In this document: one piece after another, positions 53,850 to 55,158 of the stretch | Position numbering within the stretch: position 1 is the stretch's first letter | Layout: every line of letters begins with the position of its first letter | The notes under the pieces: generated by a model | Databases searched by the model: none | Told to the model about the DNA's origin: nothing | The model's input: only the letters and a program-made list of their open reading frames with translations | Translations under genes and position numbers: made by a program | Source of the DNA: an uncultured Candidatus Kuenenia sp. | Lineage (GTDB): Bacteria > Planctomycetota > Phycisphaerae > Sedimentisphaerales > CAMDDF01 | Direction of reading: 5' to 3' | NCBI GenBank assembly: GCA_964542055.1 | Contig: CAZITB010000001.1 | Coordinates: 1-55,158 of the forward strand | Length of the DNA stretch: 55,158 bases

Positions 53850-53893
53850 TTTGGCAAGCCTAACTAGAATAATGTTCGTTAAGCCTAACTTTT
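53850..53893. promoter_or_regulatory. two DtxR/IdeR-box-like sites sharing the core AAGCCTAAC
   Basis: TTTGGCAAGCCTAACTAGA (53850-53868) and TTCGTTAAGCCTAACTTTT (53875-53893) match TTAGGTTAGCCTAACCTAA at about 12-13 of 19 positions. They lie directly upstream of the dtxR-family gene. Confidence 0.35.
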
Positions 53894-53902
53894 GGAAATA
53901 TT

Positions 53903-54370
53903 ATGGATAAAAGCTTACAAAACACAAAATTAAGTGCTTCGCTTGAAGATTATCTGGAGGTCATTTTCAACCTTCTGGAAAAGAGCGAAACTGCCCGAAG
54001 TAAAGATATTGCAGATACACTCGGTGTGGCAAAACCATCCGTTACCGGTGCCCTAAAAGCACTTTCCGAACGAGGACTCGTCAATTACAAGCCTTACGGA
54101 TATGTCACTTTGACTGAATTGGGCAGAAAAAGTGCTTCGAACATTGCAGCTAAACACAATGTTATAGAAAATTTTCTCATCGAGGTCCTGGGCGTTGAAA
54201 AAGAGTCAGCCAAAACAGCCGCATGTAAACTCGAACACAATTTAGGACCTAAAATAACCGCTAAACTGCTTAGCTTCACAGAGTTTGCAAATAAAAAGAT
54301 CTACAACGGCCATAATCTGGCCGAAATGTTTATAAATTATTGCAATAACGATTTGCAGGAAGATAAATAA
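53903..54370 (+). CDS. DtxR/MntR-family metal-dependent transcriptional regulator
   Basis: 155 aa. N-terminal SLEDYLEVIFNL...ARSKDIADTLGVAKPSVTGALKAL winged-helix pattern, plus the metal/dimerisation domain. Confidence 0.85.
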   Translation: MDKSLQNTKLSASLEDYLEVIFNLLEKSETARSKDIADTLGVAKPSVTGALKALSERGLVNYKPYGYVTLTELGRKSASNIAAKHNVIENFLIEVLGVEKESAKTAACKLEHNLGPKITAKLLSFTEFANKKIYNGHNLAEMFINYCNNDLQEDK

Positions 54371-54372
54371 TT

Positions 54373-54624
54373 ATGGAACAATTAGTACCGCTTTCATCAA
54401 CAACTAAGGGACAAAAAGTTATACTTCAGGAAATAATCGGAGGACATCAGTTACGCCAACGCCTTAGTGCAATGGGCTTAATCCCGGGAACCGATTTTCT
54501 TGTTGTAAGCAACGGCCATCCCGGGCCGTTTGTACTTAAAATCAAAGAATCAAAAATTGTCCTGGGCAGAGGAATGGCTAACCAAATCAAAGTTCGAGTA
54601 GTAAACAGGTGTAACAATGAGTAA
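54373..54624 (+). CDS. feoA: ferrous iron transport protein A
   Basis: 83-aa SH3-like FeoA pattern (LRQRLSAMGLIPGTDF...GRGMANQIKV). Overlaps the feoB start. Confidence 0.85.
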   Translation: MEQLVPLSSTTKGQKVILQEIIGGHQLRQRLSAMGLIPGTDFLVVSNGHPGPFVLKIKESKIVLGRGMANQIKVRVVNRCNNE

Positions 54625-55158
54625 ACAAATCAAAATAGCCCTCGCTGGCAATCCCAATAGCGGTAAAACCACTATTTTCAATATGCTAACCGGTTCTCGC
54701 CAGAAAGTTGCGAATTATCCCGGCGTAACAGTAGAAACCAAAACTGGCAAATGCCTTTATGATCACAACTGGATTGAGATAGTTGATCTGCCCGGGACAT
54801 ATTCACTTTCTGCTTATTCTCAGGAAGAATTGATCGCCAGGCATTTTATACTAAACGAAAAGCCAGATGTGGTAGTTGATGTTCTGGACGCTTCGAATAT
54901 CGAACGGCACCTGTATTTAGCGATTCAGCTGATAGAAATGAAAGTTCCGCTGCTGCTGGTTTTCAATATGGCTGATGTAGCCAAAAAAAAGGGATTGGAC
55001 TTTGACCTGGATCAGCTGCAAAAATTGCTGGGTGTGCCGATAGTTGAAACAGTGGCAAGCAAAGAAACAGGTAAAGAAAAACTTCTTGAAACTATCATAA
55101 AAGTTTCAAAAGACAAACCCATCAATAAAACTACTATCAGCTACGGTAAAGAAATAAA
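54617..55158 (+). CDS. feoB: ferrous iron transporter B, N-terminal G-domain (partial, runs off the window)
   Basis: Hand translation gives MSKQIKIALAGNPNSGKTTIFNMLTG...DLPGTYSL. G1 and G3 motifs are present. Confidence 0.9.
   Translation, partial: MSKQIKIALAGNPNSGKTTIFNMLTGSRQKVANYPGVTVETKTGKCLYDHNWIEIVDLPGTYSLSAYSQEELIARHFILNEKPDVVVDVLDASNIERHLYLAIQLIEMKVPLLLVFNMADVAKKKGLDFDLDQLQKLLGVPIVETVASKETGKEKLLETIIKVSKDKPINKTTISYGKEI

Overview
This is a 55.2-kb bacterial chromosomal window, roughly 40% G+C by eye, with most genes on the minus strand. All calls come from reading the supplied translations and the DNA, because no searches could be run. The domain repertoire hints at an anaerobic PVC-type organism (Phycisphaerae/Planctomycetota-like), with low confidence. 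That repertoire includes a secreted beta-helix/dockerin-like/FGE-sulfatase protein, a fused aroD-aroE and an excisionase-HTH response regulator.

The dominant feature is a tightly packed 11-gene minus-strand block at 1656-15070. Its order is rex, hydC, hydB, hydA (a bifurcating-type [FeFe] hydrogenase), a hydrogenase-like sensor fused to a histidine kinase, a REC-only protein, a REC-histidine kinase, hydE, hydG, an aspartase-family gene and hydF. This embedded H2/redox-sensing phosphorelay has no DNA-binding output and is the best candidate for an uncharacterised system. hydA also carries an unusual TSCSPGW variant of the TSCCPxW H-cluster motif.

The second notable region (about 21.1-29.1 kb) is a compositional and structural mosaic:
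- a G+C-rich cmoB-cmoA cassette;
- a secreted-protein gene whose 3' end is replaced by an out-of-frame, G+C-rich rtcB 3' remnant;
- a family of hairpin plus heptad (ATTGACT)n repeats bracketing a 901-aa multidomain secreted protein;
- an IS256-family transposase remnant;
- an AAACT-periodic tract;
- an untracked entericidin-like lipoprotein ORF.

The rest is mostly housekeeping: rpmA, purQ/purL, tyrA, accA, rsmG, tRNA-Arg, argH, tsaE, aroDE, arfB-like, hflX and dtxR-feoAB. It also holds two further signalling modules, a small stress-type cluster (DksA-like, HPF-CSD fusion, DUF2267, NADP-ADH), an ABC exporter and a BtuFCD-like importer.
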